Below, piece after piece: positions 16,648-25,603 of a stretch of 61,237 nt of DNA. The position numbers and the translations under genes were made by a program. Source of the DNA: an uncultured virus (IMG/VR IMGVR_UViG_3300025870_000001). Lineage: Duplodnaviria; Heunggongvirae; Uroviricota; Caudoviricetes. The stretch lies in IMG/VR virus record IMGVR_UViG_3300025870_000001. One strand, written 5' to 3'. Every line of letters begins with the position of its first letter. Position 1 is the stretch's first letter. The notes beneath the pieces are model-generated. The model made no database searches. It had not been told where the DNA came from and saw nothing but the letters and a program-made list of their open reading frames with translations.

Positions 16648-16833
16648 TTATCCACTTAAAGCTTTGGCAATTTGTCTTTTTTTATGATCCCGGCCCATTA
16701 TATATGCTAGTTCAAATAATCTGGCCAGTTTTGGATCGTTTTCAATATAATTTTCATTTCCAATAATAACAGTTCCTGTATTAGTATCTACAGAAACGTT
16801 ATAAATTCCATCTTCTTGATATTCAATACTCAA
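16648..16833 (-). CDS. Small hypothetical protein
   Basis: Part of a tightly packed minus-strand ORF run. Confidence 0.5.
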   Translation of the reverse strand: MSIEYQEDGIYNVSVDTNTGTVIIGNENYIENDPKLARLFELAYIMGRDHKKRQIAKALSG

Positions 16834-16837
16834 AAGA

Positions 16838-17029
16838 TTAACCCTTCATAAATTGTAAAGCAGAAAAGCGCATATGTTCGTAATTGCTCCATGCTTTATC
16901 AAAAAGTTCTTGATTTTCTTCTGAGTTTGGTGTAGAAAACTCACTCAGAAATTGAACTTGGGCCTCATTATATTCTAATCCTCTAGAATACAATTCACCA
17001 ACTCTCATTGATACTCGATCTTCTGCCAT
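16838..17029 (-). CDS. Small hypothetical protein
   Basis: AAGGAG RBS; packed run. Confidence 0.6.
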   Translation of the reverse strand: MAEDRVSMRVGELYSRGLEYNEAQVQFLSEFSTPNSEENQELFDKAWSNYEHMRFSALQFMKG

Positions 17030-17177
17030 CTTCGAACTCCTTTTCTATTTCTGTTATCATATTATGCAATTTAAAAAACGACATATCTATATGTATGTCA
17101 GGCGTTTCACTTTTTCTATAGAATTTTAAGAAATTGCTACGAATTTCTAATAAATCCACTAAATATTTTTGTTCCAT
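16995..17177 (-). CDS. Small hypothetical protein
   Basis: GAGG RBS; packed run. Confidence 0.55.
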   Translation of the reverse strand: MEQKYLVDLLEIRSNFLKFYRKSETPDIHIDMSFFKLHNMITEIEKEFEDGRRSSINESW

Positions 17178-17371
17178 ATCCGGCCTTCCTCGACCACATC
17201 TTGAACAGCATGTAAATAATCACGATCTTCGTCGCTCATATGTGCAAAATATATGCTAACACTATCCATAAGAGAAAAAACCTTGTCCGGTTCCTTTAAA
17301 TGCTCATTGTTTTCCATCATCCATTGAATTTGATCCATCAATGGTAAAATTTTTGCTTGTATTCGGTTCAT
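17159..17371 (-). CDS. Small hypothetical protein
   Basis: Packed run, TAATG coupling. Confidence 0.6.
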   Translation of the reverse strand: MNRIQAKILPLMDQIQWMMENNEHLKEPDKVFSLMDSVSIYFAHMSDEDRDYLHAVQDVVEEGRIWNKNI

Positions 17372-17534
17372 TATCCAGTATCCATTTTTCCAGACCGAAT
17401 CATTGCAGTAGAATTGCCAGAAAAATGTTCTTGAGATAACTCAGAATGTAATGAACGAGATTGCTCCTGCGTCAATCCCACCCACATTTCTTTTTCTTGA
17501 GTTTGCCAATTTACTATTCGTTCAACATACCACA

Positions 17535-17963
17535 TTATGCGGCCTCCATTTCTTGTGTTGCAGTACAAACATAAGGTTTGTTCCATTTACCAACGTTAAT
17601 ATCGATATAATACGCAGTATCAAAATAATCAATTTGTGCGTTAGTGTTATTATACCATATTGTACCTTTCATTGCAGCAACCAGTTCTTCAAAAAACTGA
17701 GAAGCTTCACCGTATGTCTCAGGATAATAAGTGTTAACTTGAATATATCCTTCATTCGCGTAGTAAGATGTACCCCGCCGTTCAGAGATTTCTTTGTTTT
17801 TCTCATTGGCGATACCAATAAAATCAAAGACACCTTCTTTGATGTTCACAACGAGAGAAGAGTGATTGTTAATAGCAATTGAACCCTTCACACCGAACTT
17901 TTGCAACACCGATTTGATAGCGGGAGCAAGTTCTTTTTTCATCTTTTGCGAAATATAAGCCAT
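17535..17963 (-). CDS. Conserved-looking early phage protein
   Basis: MAYISQ..KKELAPAIK.VL..., WYN..AQIDYFDTAYYIDINVGKWNKPY; behind early promoter. Confidence 0.8.
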   Translation of the reverse strand: MAYISQKMKKELAPAIKSVLQKFGVKGSIAINNHSSLVVNIKEGVFDFIGIANEKNKEISERRGTSYYANEGYIQVNTYYPETYGEASQFFEELVAAMKGTIWYNNTNAQIDYFDTAYYIDINVGKWNKPYVCTATQEMEAA

Positions 17964-18001
17964 AATATAAAGTTCCTCAGTTTTTTTCACGTTACTCATA
18001 C

Positions 18002-18034
18002 AGTATAGTGTATGATTCTCTATTTGTCAAGGGC
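18002..18034 (-). promoter_or_regulatory. Early promoter family (GCCCTTGACA-N17-TAnnnT)
   Basis: GCCCTTGACA-N17-TATACT with GANTC in spacer; related copies at 20005-20037, 20592-20624(+), 23400-23432, 24217-24249, 24867-24899, 26316-26348, 26582-26614, 35670-35702, 36056-36088. Confidence 0.8.
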
Positions 18035-18365
18035 TAAAAAAGAATTTATTGCAGATTTCTTCAATTTTTTCTGCTGCTAAATCCCATTTATATAACCAAT
18101 GTTCTAATTTTTGATAACAATATGCGTCTGCTGTCAAATCAAACATTTCATAATCGTCTTCTTCTTGCTGATATAATTTTCTAACTGCCTGTCTCCAAGT
18201 ATTCTGGCCATTTTCCATAATATCAGTAACACAATGGTCGAATCTATTAAATTGTTCTTCGTAATATTCGTCAAAATTAGGCTCTCGGTTCTCATCAAAT
18301 TCCCAAAGGCCTTTTTCTTGTAGTTCTACTACATAACTTCCTATTCTAGACATATTATTCTCCAT
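18027..18365 (-). CDS. Acidic hypothetical protein
   Basis: 112-aa ORF; start uncertain. Confidence 0.6.
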   Translation of the reverse strand: MENNMSRIGSYVVELQEKGLWEFDENREPNFDEYYEEQFNRFDHCVTDIMENGQNTWRQAVRKLYQQEEDDYEMFDLTADAYCYQKLEHWLYKWDLAAEKIEEICNKFFFSP

Positions 18366-18792
18366 TTATTTGTAAAAATTGTGACGCAAGAACGTCTTCT
18401 AATTCGTATGCCTCCTTTTCATGTGGACGTTTCATGTAATCAGTATCAGTTGAGAAGGTTTTACCTTTGAAACTCATTCGATCTGATCGCGATTGACGCA
18501 ATTCGTTCTTTGCGTACTGTTTAACATGCACCAATTCGTGGCACAATGTTTTTATAAAAGCTGTATCGTTTTGAAAACTATCGATACGCACAGTGAACTC
18601 CCGATCATCTTCATCAAGACAATCGCCAAGTACACCTTCTTTTCCTGATAAGTTTTGAATTAGCTCAACATTTAGTAAAACTCTCTGAGTTTTAGGAAAT
18701 ATTTGAGACTTTACAAAGGAACATACCTTTGCAGCGAGTTTTCTTCTATTTTTTCCAGAACCAGAAATGTCTAGAAATTCAAAGTCAACCAT
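18355..18792 (-). CDS. Zincin-like metallopeptidase
   Basis: TLCHELVHVKQY (HExxH) and PHEKEAY third-ligand motif. Confidence 0.8.
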   Translation of the reverse strand: MVDFEFLDISGSGKNRRKLAAKVCSFVKSQIFPKTQRVLLNVELIQNLSGKEGVLGDCLDEDDREFTVRIDSFQNDTAFIKTLCHELVHVKQYAKNELRQSRSDRMSFKGKTFSTDTDYMKRPHEKEAYELEDVLASQFLQINGE

Positions 18793-18852
18793 TTATTCAC
18801 CTATAATTACGATTCGTATATAGTTTACGATATTTTAATCACAATGTCAAGT

Positions 18853-19071
18853 CTATTCTTCGGTAATTGTGATCCTAATACCATGATTTTCGGCCATTTT
18901 TTCATATAGGCCGTCTATTGTTTCTTTATCATGATTTAATGCCTCTTCAACACTAGTTAGTGTATCTTCGACACCCTGCCTATACCCTTCGGTTAGTGAT
19001 TTTTTACCACTAAAGTATAGGGCGACTAACAAAAAGGTTCCAAAAAAACCAGCTGTAGTATAATCAATCAT
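18853..19071 (-). CDS. Small protein with N-terminal TM helix
   Basis: Hydrophobic N-terminus then GYRQGVED. Confidence 0.55.
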   Translation of the reverse strand: MIDYTTAGFFGTFLLVALYFSGKKSLTEGYRQGVEDTLTSVEEALNHDKETIDGLYEKMAENHGIRITITEE

Positions 19072-19175
19072 TATTTCTCTTTCTATTTTTTCTATTGTGT
19101 AACCAAACATCCAAAAATTCAATACCGAATACAAAAACTGTCAAAACCAGTACTGAAATGCCAATTATAACATAA

Positions 19176-19382
19176 TCATTCATTGTTAAAATATGAATCT
19201 ATGTCTGCAATCAAATTATGACACCGTTCTCTATCATATGGTGTTAAAAAATCTGCTTGCAAAAGCTGTTTCATATCCAACCCAACTTTGGTTAGTATTT
19301 CTTCAGAGTATTTTAGCTTATGCTCTGCGTCATACATTCTTTCTTTTAAGTATGTGTCAAAATCTAATTGTCCATCCATCAT
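19176..19382 (-). CDS. Small hypothetical protein
   Basis: AGGAG RBS. Confidence 0.6.
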   Translation of the reverse strand: MMDGQLDFDTYLKERMYDAEHKLKYSEEILTKVGLDMKQLLQADFLTPYDRERCHNLIADIDSYFNNE

Positions 19383-19571
19383 AATCTCCTAATATTTATT
19401 CCTTACTTTCGATCAAACGATAGAAAGTTAAATCACCACGCATCGCTGCGGATGATGTTTCGGAAAGTTCTTCTTCTCTCCAGAGTGCTTTCTCAGCATC
19501 TGATTTAAGTATGAAAGTTTGAGTGCTGTTCCACTCACCGTTATTAATTCTTTTCTGTAAAATCCAAGCCA

Positions 19572-19784
19572 TTAATACTCCTTATGAAAACCACCGTCTT
19601 CATTTTGTTCATAACCAGCCCAGTAATCAGCAATTTCATCTTCATTCATATCTTCAACGCCGATGCGTTCAGATTGATATGTAGAACCAACATAATAATG
19701 TGGGTCAGGAGTCCTAAGATAGTAACTATCCGCACTCCCACGATCATAAGGGCCGCCGTGTCGCTCTCTATATTTATGTGTCAT
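19572..19784 (-). CDS. Conserved-looking small phage protein
   Basis: HGGPYDRGSADSYY..PHY..YWAGY. Confidence 0.75.
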   Translation of the reverse strand: MTHKYRERHGGPYDRGSADSYYLRTPDPHYYVGSTYQSERIGVEDMNEDEIADYWAGYEQNEDGGFHKEY

Positions 19785-19972
19785 GAGAACTCCACCCCAC
19801 TTTCGAACATATCAAAAGCAGAAACAAAATTCAATTCACCATCGGAAAGTTCGACAGTGAACTGAATGTCTGGAGTTCCACCATAACAGACACGACGATC
19901 TACCACAGGATTTCCCATGATTTGTGTAGCAGTCCACACGGTTTCCATAAAAGTTTTCAATTGAGAATTCAT
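19781..19972 (-). CDS. Small early protein
   Basis: Directly behind promoter and AAAGTGATTCG leader. Confidence 0.65.
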   Translation of the reverse strand: MNSQLKTFMETVWTATQIMGNPVVDRRVCYGGTPDIQFTVELSDGELNFVSAFDMFESGVEFS

Positions 19973-20041
19973 AACGAATCACTTTCCTTTTTGAGTACTC
20001 TTATATAATATCAAATGATAACCTGCGTGTCAAGGGCCCTG

Positions 20042-20521
20042 CTAAAATTTATTTAAATATTTTGCAATATGGCCAACAAATGGCAATAACATAATGGCCA
20101 TTAGAAGGTTAGCGCCCGTATGTGCCAATGCGATTCTAAACGTGTCTCCTTTTGGCATGCCATCTGAGACTAAAATCCCTGCAAGCCAGATGGTTCCTGT
20201 CGTTCCTATATTCGCCCCTAGAACAGCACCAATCGCAGCAGGGAGCGGCAATGCACCAGACGCAACTAATGCAATGATTGCGGTTGTACTTAAACTTGAT
20301 GATTGCCATAACAAAGTCATGATGATTCCACCAAAGAACATGTATAGCGGATTTCCTAAGAAAAACGAAAGATGTTCCATGTTCCCCATAGACTTCATGC
20401 CTCCAGAGAATGTCTTTAATCCGATATAGAATATTACCAGACCTACTAGTGCCGTAATGACAGGGTTTCCTAAATCCATTTTCTTTACCTTTTTCCAAAG
20501 TTTCTTATTCTGTTTTTTCAT
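20042..20521 (-). CDS. Na+/Pi cotransporter family protein (single repeat)
   Basis: QSSS..T and LGANIGTT signatures, multiple TM helices. Confidence 0.88.
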   Translation of the reverse strand: MKKQNKKLWKKVKKMDLGNPVITALVGLVIFYIGLKTFSGGMKSMGNMEHLSFFLGNPLYMFFGGIIMTLLWQSSSLSTTAIIALVASGALPLPAAIGAVLGANIGTTGTIWLAGILVSDGMPKGDTFRIALAHTGANLLMAIMLLPFVGHIAKYLNKF

Positions 20522-20616
20522 AGAGTATTTCCTTCTAATACCTCACACAATAATTTATATTCGTTTTCTTGGCCATGACCCGCTAATTTTTGCCCTTGAC
20601 TTTCTCAACAGTTTCA

Positions 20617-20943
20617 GTTACATTATAAGAGTAATAAGAAAGGTGATTCGAAATGATTAAGAACAACTCAGAAATTCTTCGTGAAGTGCTTCTCACTCTC
20701 TCCCCCAGAGAAGAACGTGTCATTCGAATGCGCTATGGAATTAACGGTGTCGGGGAGCACACTCTCGGCGAAATCGGCTATATTTTCAACTTGTCTGTTG
20801 AACGCATTCGTCAAATCCAAGCCAGAGCCGAACGGAAACTGAAACATCCTTCGCGTTCTGTGGATCTTCGCTCGATTTTAGTTGACATTGCTGCATAAGT
20901 CTGTTACATTATAAGAGTAATAAGAAAGGTGATTCGAAATGAT
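20617..20943 (+). repeat. 41-bp direct repeat (20617-20657 and 20903-20943) carrying -10, leader and start codon
   Basis: gttacattataagagtaataagaaaggtgattcgaaatgat identical twice. Confidence 0.95.
20653..20898 (+). CDS. Stand-alone sigma70 (RpoD-like) region 4 protein
   Basis: LSPREERVIRMRYGI..EHTLGEIG..FNLSVERIRQIQARAERKLKHPSRS..LRS. Confidence 0.9.
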   Translation: MIKNNSEILREVLLTLSPREERVIRMRYGINGVGEHTLGEIGYIFNLSVERIRQIQARAERKLKHPSRSVDLRSILVDIAA

Positions 20944-21103
20944 ACAATATCTTCCTAGAAAACTTCAATACGCTGCGGGCTATTCAGTCTCAGTGATGTC
21001 CAGAGTTTCAGCGATGCTGACATCTCACGCAACAATAACGACTGTCTCGTTTCTTCTGAACGTTGCATTCCTTGTTTCAATTCTTCTGATGGTGAAAGGT
21101 TAA
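20939..21103 (+). CDS. 54-aa protein with C-terminal TM helix
   Basis: Hand-translated; starts at the ATG of the repeated promoter/leader. Confidence 0.6.
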   Translation: MIQYLPRKLQYAAGYSVSVMSRVSAMLTSHATITTVSFLLNVAFLVSILLMVKG

Positions 21104-21107
21104 ACCC

Positions 21108-21254
21108 ATGTACATTGTGAAATACACACTCTACCGCAAATACCACCACGAAAAGACCTTTGATGACTACGAGTCTGCAAGAGGTTTCTTCTATGGCATC
21201 TCACGCAAATGCCGTGGTTCAAAATGCACGAAGGCAGAACTGATCTGCCTCTAA
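21108..21254 (+). CDS. 48-aa hypothetical protein
   Basis: MYIVKYTLYRK...; GAAAGG RBS. Confidence 0.55.
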   Translation: MYIVKYTLYRKYHHEKTFDDYESARGFFYGISRKCRGSKCTKAELICL

Positions 21255-21679
21255 TACGGTGGATCAGTTTCTTCCAAAAGAAATCCACCTGTAATATAAA
21301 TCTCAGGGTCTTCTTCAAGGAAACCCTGTTCATCTAAATGATTCACACCCTCATCCAAATAACCATCGATGAGGCTTTGTGTATATTCATTCCCCTCAAT
21401 CTCTTCAAAGGAATTTAAATCATGGAAACTATATTCTTCATGACCATCTGTTACATGATCCAAGTGACATTCATCAAACCCATCATAGAGGTTCAGCCCA
21501 TCTTGGTTCCAGTTCGGAATCAATCCGTCAGGAGATTCTAAAACGTGAAACAAACCCCTCTTCCAATTAATATCAATTTTCATTAAAATCTTTTTCTCAA
21601 TATTCACAAAGTTAAGTATTTCATTAATGCCATACTTCTCTCTTGGTGTCAATTCATACCACTGCATTTTCTCTTCCAT
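21251..21679 (-). CDS. Acidic hypothetical protein
   Basis: 142-aa ORF; start uncertain. Confidence 0.55.
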   Translation of the reverse strand: MEEKMQWYELTPREKYGINEILNFVNIEKKILMKIDINWKRGLFHVLESPDGLIPNWNQDGLNLYDGFDECHLDHVTDGHEEYSFHDLNSFEEIEGNEYTQSLIDGYLDEGVNHLDEQGFLEEDPEIYITGGFLLEETDPPY

Positions 21680-21846
21680 GCTAATTCAAATCCTTCTTCA
21701 TAATCCGACAGAGGAGCTCCATTGCTTCCATCGATCCACAATCTCTTAAAATAACCATTATAACAATCCAATGCAGTCTGATCACTTTCTGCAATATGTC
21801 CTTTGACAATCCAGAACAATCTATATGCTTCCTTTAGACTACACAT
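21649..21846 (-). CDS. Small hypothetical protein
   Basis: YRLFWIVKGH..YFKRLW..YEEGFE.AW. Confidence 0.6.
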   Translation of the reverse strand: MCSLKEAYRLFWIVKGHIAESDQTALDCYNGYFKRLWIDGSNGAPLSDYEEGFELAWKRKCSGMN

Positions 21847-21885
21847 AGATCATTCTAACAGAAATATTCAAAGATGTCAAGAGAT

Positions 21886-22368
21886 TTACCACCAACCAGC
21901 TCCAAGTCCTACAGAAAAAAGAATACCCCCAACAATAGCAATACCAGCAAACAATAAAAACAAAACAATAAGAATTTCAAAAAACGCCTTACGTCTTTCC
22001 TCTTGCTTATATAAAGTCTCTTCTCTTTCCTTCCTTATCTTTCTACGCAACTCTACCATCTCTTTCCATGTACCAAAACCAAATCTAATATTCAGCATGT
22101 CTTGAAGTTGCTTCTCTTGTTCTTCCAATTTCTTCTTATGTGTGATGATTGCTAAGGCTTCTTCCTCTACAGAACCACTCATAAACAACTTAGTAAAAAT
22201 AGGGGGGTTCTTTCTCTGACTCTCTGCACGATTCAAATCTGCAGCTGCTCCATACCACTTCCCTAATTGTCCAACAACATCCTCAATTTCTCTCCCTGCC
22301 GCCACAAGTTTCTTAACTCCATTGAATGCAGCAGTTGCCGCTGAAATTGCTGTGATAGGATCTATCAT
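21886..22368 (-). CDS. Coiled-coil protein with C-terminal TM anchor
   Basis: MIDPITAISAATAAF...SVEEEAL...; CGGAG RBS. Confidence 0.75.
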   Translation of the reverse strand: MIDPITAISAATAAFNGVKKLVAAGREIEDVVGQLGKWYGAAADLNRAESQRKNPPIFTKLFMSGSVEEEALAIITHKKKLEEQEKQLQDMLNIRFGFGTWKEMVELRRKIRKEREETLYKQEERRKAFFEILIVLFLLFAGIAIVGGILFSVGLGAGWW

Positions 22369-22811
22369 ATTACTTCTCCGTTTTCTGCATATACAAAACA
22401 TATTGAAAAACGAATAATACCAATTCTACTCAGAGATATTTATGAAAAGGGGCTGAGAAGATTTGCCCCCCGAAAAAAAAAAATTTTAAAAAACGCTTTT
22501 GGAAAATACTTTGAAAATCTCTTAGGGATCTTGGGGATTGCTGCTATAGCACCTTGACATCTCAGAATATGGGACCCACTCATTTAAACATACGGCCCAG
22601 TCTCAGAGGGGGGCCATAGATTACCTGCCCATTTGAGCACCATATTATCAGATAATTATCACAGACTTTCATAGAATTATAAATAATTGCTCATAAAACA
22701 TTAGGGTACTGAAAGAGAATTATCCAATTCCATACCCAATAATACCCGATTTAAAACAAAAAAAAACTCTGAGTTTCCCCAGAGTTCAGTTGCTACGAAA
22801 AATATCTTAAT

Positions 22812-23033
22812 CTAACTTCGGCCGCGTCTGCCTATATCTTTAGTATCCACTGCATAGACATCACAAAGAATGTTCACTAGCAGCTCTAATTTCTCATCAT
22901 ATCTTTTAATAATCACATCAAGAGCATCCTCTATGGCCATGCCTCTCTTAATCATTCCAACGCAATCTTCTAAGACTGCAACTCTAACGTGTTCTTCCAT
23001 GTTCTTTCCTAACACAATATCTAGTATCTCCAT
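22812..23033 (-). CDS. Small hypothetical protein
   Basis: 73-aa ORF; start uncertain. Confidence 0.45.
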   Translation of the reverse strand: MEILDIVLGKNMEEHVRVAVLEDCVGMIKRGMAIEDALDVIIKRYDEKLELLVNILCDVYAVDTKDIGRRGRS

Positions 23034-23076
23034 TGTAAGATCATAGTCAAATCACCGTGATTCTATTTAAATTGAA

Positions 23077-23394
23077 TCAATATGTAGTGGGCACTCTCAA
23101 ATGTTTCTGTATTTGTTCCTCAGTATACTTTCCTTTTGTACTCCAATTACGGAATGCAGAACATTCTTTCTCTGTAGTAGCACATGAATTAGCCATAGGA
23201 CAAGCATCACAAGGACATACCATATCATTCTCAAAGTAATCTCTAATAATCTTAGAGTTCAAAACCTCAAAGAAATGTTTCCTTTCATGATCCTCAGAGG
23301 CACCTTTCATAGACTCTAAGTTAGCAGTAGCATTTCCAATCTGATTCAAATAAGTATCAGCGTTATTCATATATTTATCCTTATCCATCAACAT
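23077..23394 (-). CDS. Cys-rich hypothetical protein
   Basis: CPCDAC..C..EC.AF..W; begins just behind a TTGACG/TATAAT promoter. Confidence 0.6.
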   Translation of the reverse strand: MLMDKDKYMNNADTYLNQIGNATANLESMKGASEDHERKHFFEVLNSKIIRDYFENDMVCPCDACPMANSCATTEKECSAFRNWSTKGKYTEEQIQKHLRVPTTY

Positions 23395-23941
23395 AGTTGA
23401 TTATACAGGGCTTTGTGGCCCACGTCAAGGGCTTTTGCCAAAATAATTAAAGAATCTTAGCGAATTCTAAGAAACTTTTTGAAACATTTCGTGAGATAAT
23501 CTGCCGGAGGGCCCGCCGAGACGACTCAGAAAATCCTCTGGGGATTTGGTAAACTTCTAAGAAATCAGGCTAAAGTCTCAAAAGCTAGAGTCTGCAGCTG
23601 ATTCGCAAAAACCATATCCCTAAGAATCCCATATTTTCCCATTAATCTCCAATAATTCTCTAAGATTGTATCTGATTCTCTAGTGCAATTTCTTCCTGAT
23701 AGTCTCTCAGAAATCTCTCTGCAATTCTTCTATCAGATGTCATCACAAGTAATTTTCCATCCTTATCATAGGCTATAGAATATTCTCTATGTTTTCTTAT
23801 ATAACCTATGCTATTCTTCATAGATCTTTCCATACAATCTCTAATGGATCTACCAGTATAAGTACCATACCCAATAGCAATCCAAACAGAATTACTCTGA
23901 ATATTTCTTCTTTACGGATCATCACATATTCCTTTCATATT

Positions 23942-24137
23942 AAAACTCCTTTCCTCATACGCCTAACTAGTATCTCCAATCTCTCCGCATGGCCTTATTG
24001 ACATTGCCACTCTAGTTTGATCGAAACTAGCATCTCTAGGTTTCACGGCACTGATATTTCACAGGCGAATATATTCACTAGAGATCGTGTTTTTAGGTGA
24101 TCTGCCCTCCGCACAGACGTATGAGGAAAAGAGTTTT
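23942..24137 (-). ncRNA. Unassigned ~200-nt multibranch RNA closed by a 24-bp helix
   Basis: 24137-24114 pairs with 23965-23942 using three G-U pairs valid only on the minus strand; internal helices; upstream promoter 24217-24249. Confidence 0.7.
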
Positions 24138-24255
24138 TTTAATTTTCTCTACTACTACATGTAGATTTGTTCTATTTTGGTAAATGAGCCGGTCTTCTTC
24201 TCCGAATCACTCTAATATTGTAGTATATTAATGAGCAATTGTCAAGGGCTTATTT

Positions 24256-24329
24256 TGGCATCGGTGTAGGGAGTCGAACCCCAGCTTTCAGTTTTGGAGA
24301 CTGATGTGCTACCGTAACACTTCACCGAT
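24256..24329 (-). tRNA. tRNA-Trp(CCA)
   Basis: ATCGGTG/CACCGAT acceptor, anticodon CCA, G73-CCA. Confidence 0.93.
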
Positions 24330-24618
24330 CTATTGCATATTCAACATTCTTTTTGAGATACCATTTCTCTATGACAGGTAAACCAAACTCATCCTCATCA
24401 ACGCATATGTAAGCTACTGTCTTCTTGACATTCGCATATCGATATCCAGAATCATTTATCTGTCCACCACCTACCCAAACCTTATGTGGGAAATCTTCAT
24501 TGATATTGTTAACTGGATCATCATTGAGAGAATACTCAAAATAATTACCAACTTCTTTTTCAGTGAAGCAACCTATCGGGGATTGGGTATATGTGTAATA
24601 TGGCATTCTATTATTCAA
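24322..24618 (-). CDS. Hypothetical phage protein
   Basis: FPHKVWV..GYRYANVKKTVAYICVDED; stop codon lies inside tRNA-Trp. Confidence 0.7.
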   Translation of the reverse strand: MNNRMPYYTYTQSPIGCFTEKEVGNYFEYSLNDDPVNNINEDFPHKVWVGGGQINDSGYRYANVKKTVAYICVDEDEFGLPVIEKWYLKKNVEYAIDR

Positions 24619-24835
24619 CCTCTATGATGGAGTGATTAGTTTCACCACCAGTCAATTGATCTGCAAGTTCTTGAATCATATCTTCACTCACAGAAATGAA
24701 TTTGTAAAGAGGATTTCCTCCAGCAGGTCCATTCTGTTCTAACAGAACACAATCACATCCATGTTCGGCAGCAAATTGAACTACTTCTTCATGTGTCACT
24801 TCATGAGAGACATCTAATTGAACACTATAAATCAT
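24611..24835 (-). CDS. Small early protein
   Basis: NGPAGGNP motif; behind promoter cassette. Confidence 0.7.
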   Translation of the reverse strand: MIYSVQLDVSHEVTHEEVVQFAAEHGCDCVLLEQNGPAGGNPLYKFISVSEDMIQELADQLTGGETNHSIIEVE

Positions 24836-24900
24836 TTTCGAATCACTTTCTTTCTTGTTACTCCTTAATGTAACATATGTAGTAAGCTATGTCAAGGGCC
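24836..24900 (-). repeat. 65-bp promoter/leader cassette, identical copy at 26551-26615
   Basis: Exact match read from sequence. Confidence 0.95.
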
Positions 24901-25159
24901 TATTTTTATAATATGTCTGGTACAGATGTTCTAGTTTTCTTTTCTCTGGATGTTTGTGTATCCATGAGCCGGTAGATGGATCGAAGTTTTTCTTGAAGAA
25001 ATTGTCAAGCTTTCTATTTCCAGTGGAAACAGATGTATCTACCAACAGAGATTGTTGATCGAACTCTCCATCAGACATGACTGAATCATCATGCACCTCA
25101 TATGCATATGCGGCAACAGAGAGTTTTATTCTTCTTCTGATTTCCTCAGAATGTTCCAT
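24887..25159 (-). CDS. Stand-alone NAD-dependent DNA ligase domain Ia-like protein
   Basis: AAYAYEVHDDSVMSDGEFD resembles the LigA Y-Y..D.P.ISD.EYD motif. Confidence 0.65.
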   Translation of the reverse strand: MEHSEEIRRRIKLSVAAYAYEVHDDSVMSDGEFDQQSLLVDTSVSTGNRKLDNFFKKNFDPSTGSWIHKHPEKRKLEHLYQTYYKNRPLT

Positions 25160-25439
25160 CAAATACCCAATCGTTAATTCGTTTGATTTTCTCTTCGTCT
25201 TTCCATTCGGATAAGTAATCATTGTCACTATCAAACAGTGCCAGCACCTGCTCCAGCGAGAATGTTTGTGTATCGATAATGTATTCGCCAGTATCAAGTT
25301 GACTAAATTCTTCTACTTCTCGACAAGTCACAGAATCGTTTATGAATGTCTTTGGATCGCAATCACCACATTCGGACACTGGAATTACATATCGTGTTCT
25401 ATAAGTTTGGACAGCGGTACATACAACATAATCAGCCAT
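25146..25439 (-). CDS. Hypothetical phage protein
   Basis: R.RYVI..D.VT..EEFSQ..GE.I..FDSDNDYL..W. Confidence 0.7.
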   Translation of the reverse strand: MADYVVCTAVQTYRTRYVIPVSECGDCDPKTFINDSVTCREVEEFSQLDTGEYIIDTQTFSLEQVLALFDSDNDYLSEWKDEEKIKRINDWVFDGTF

Positions 25440-25603
25440 GATACTCTACCACTTCTGGATGATTCCATGTAGACAATGCATATTCTTCTGCATCTGTTCT
25501 ATTATCAAATGTGAGAACTGGATCTCTATCACTCCATGTGAATCCGTTGCCCTTCACATAATCAGACTTTCCATCAAAGTCTATCATTATAGCATATTTC
25601 AAT

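Noticed and set aside
23942..24137. Retron msr-msd or transposon end interpretation of the long inverted repeat
   Set aside because: No RT or transposase in the window; strand-specific G-U pairing favours an RNA helix
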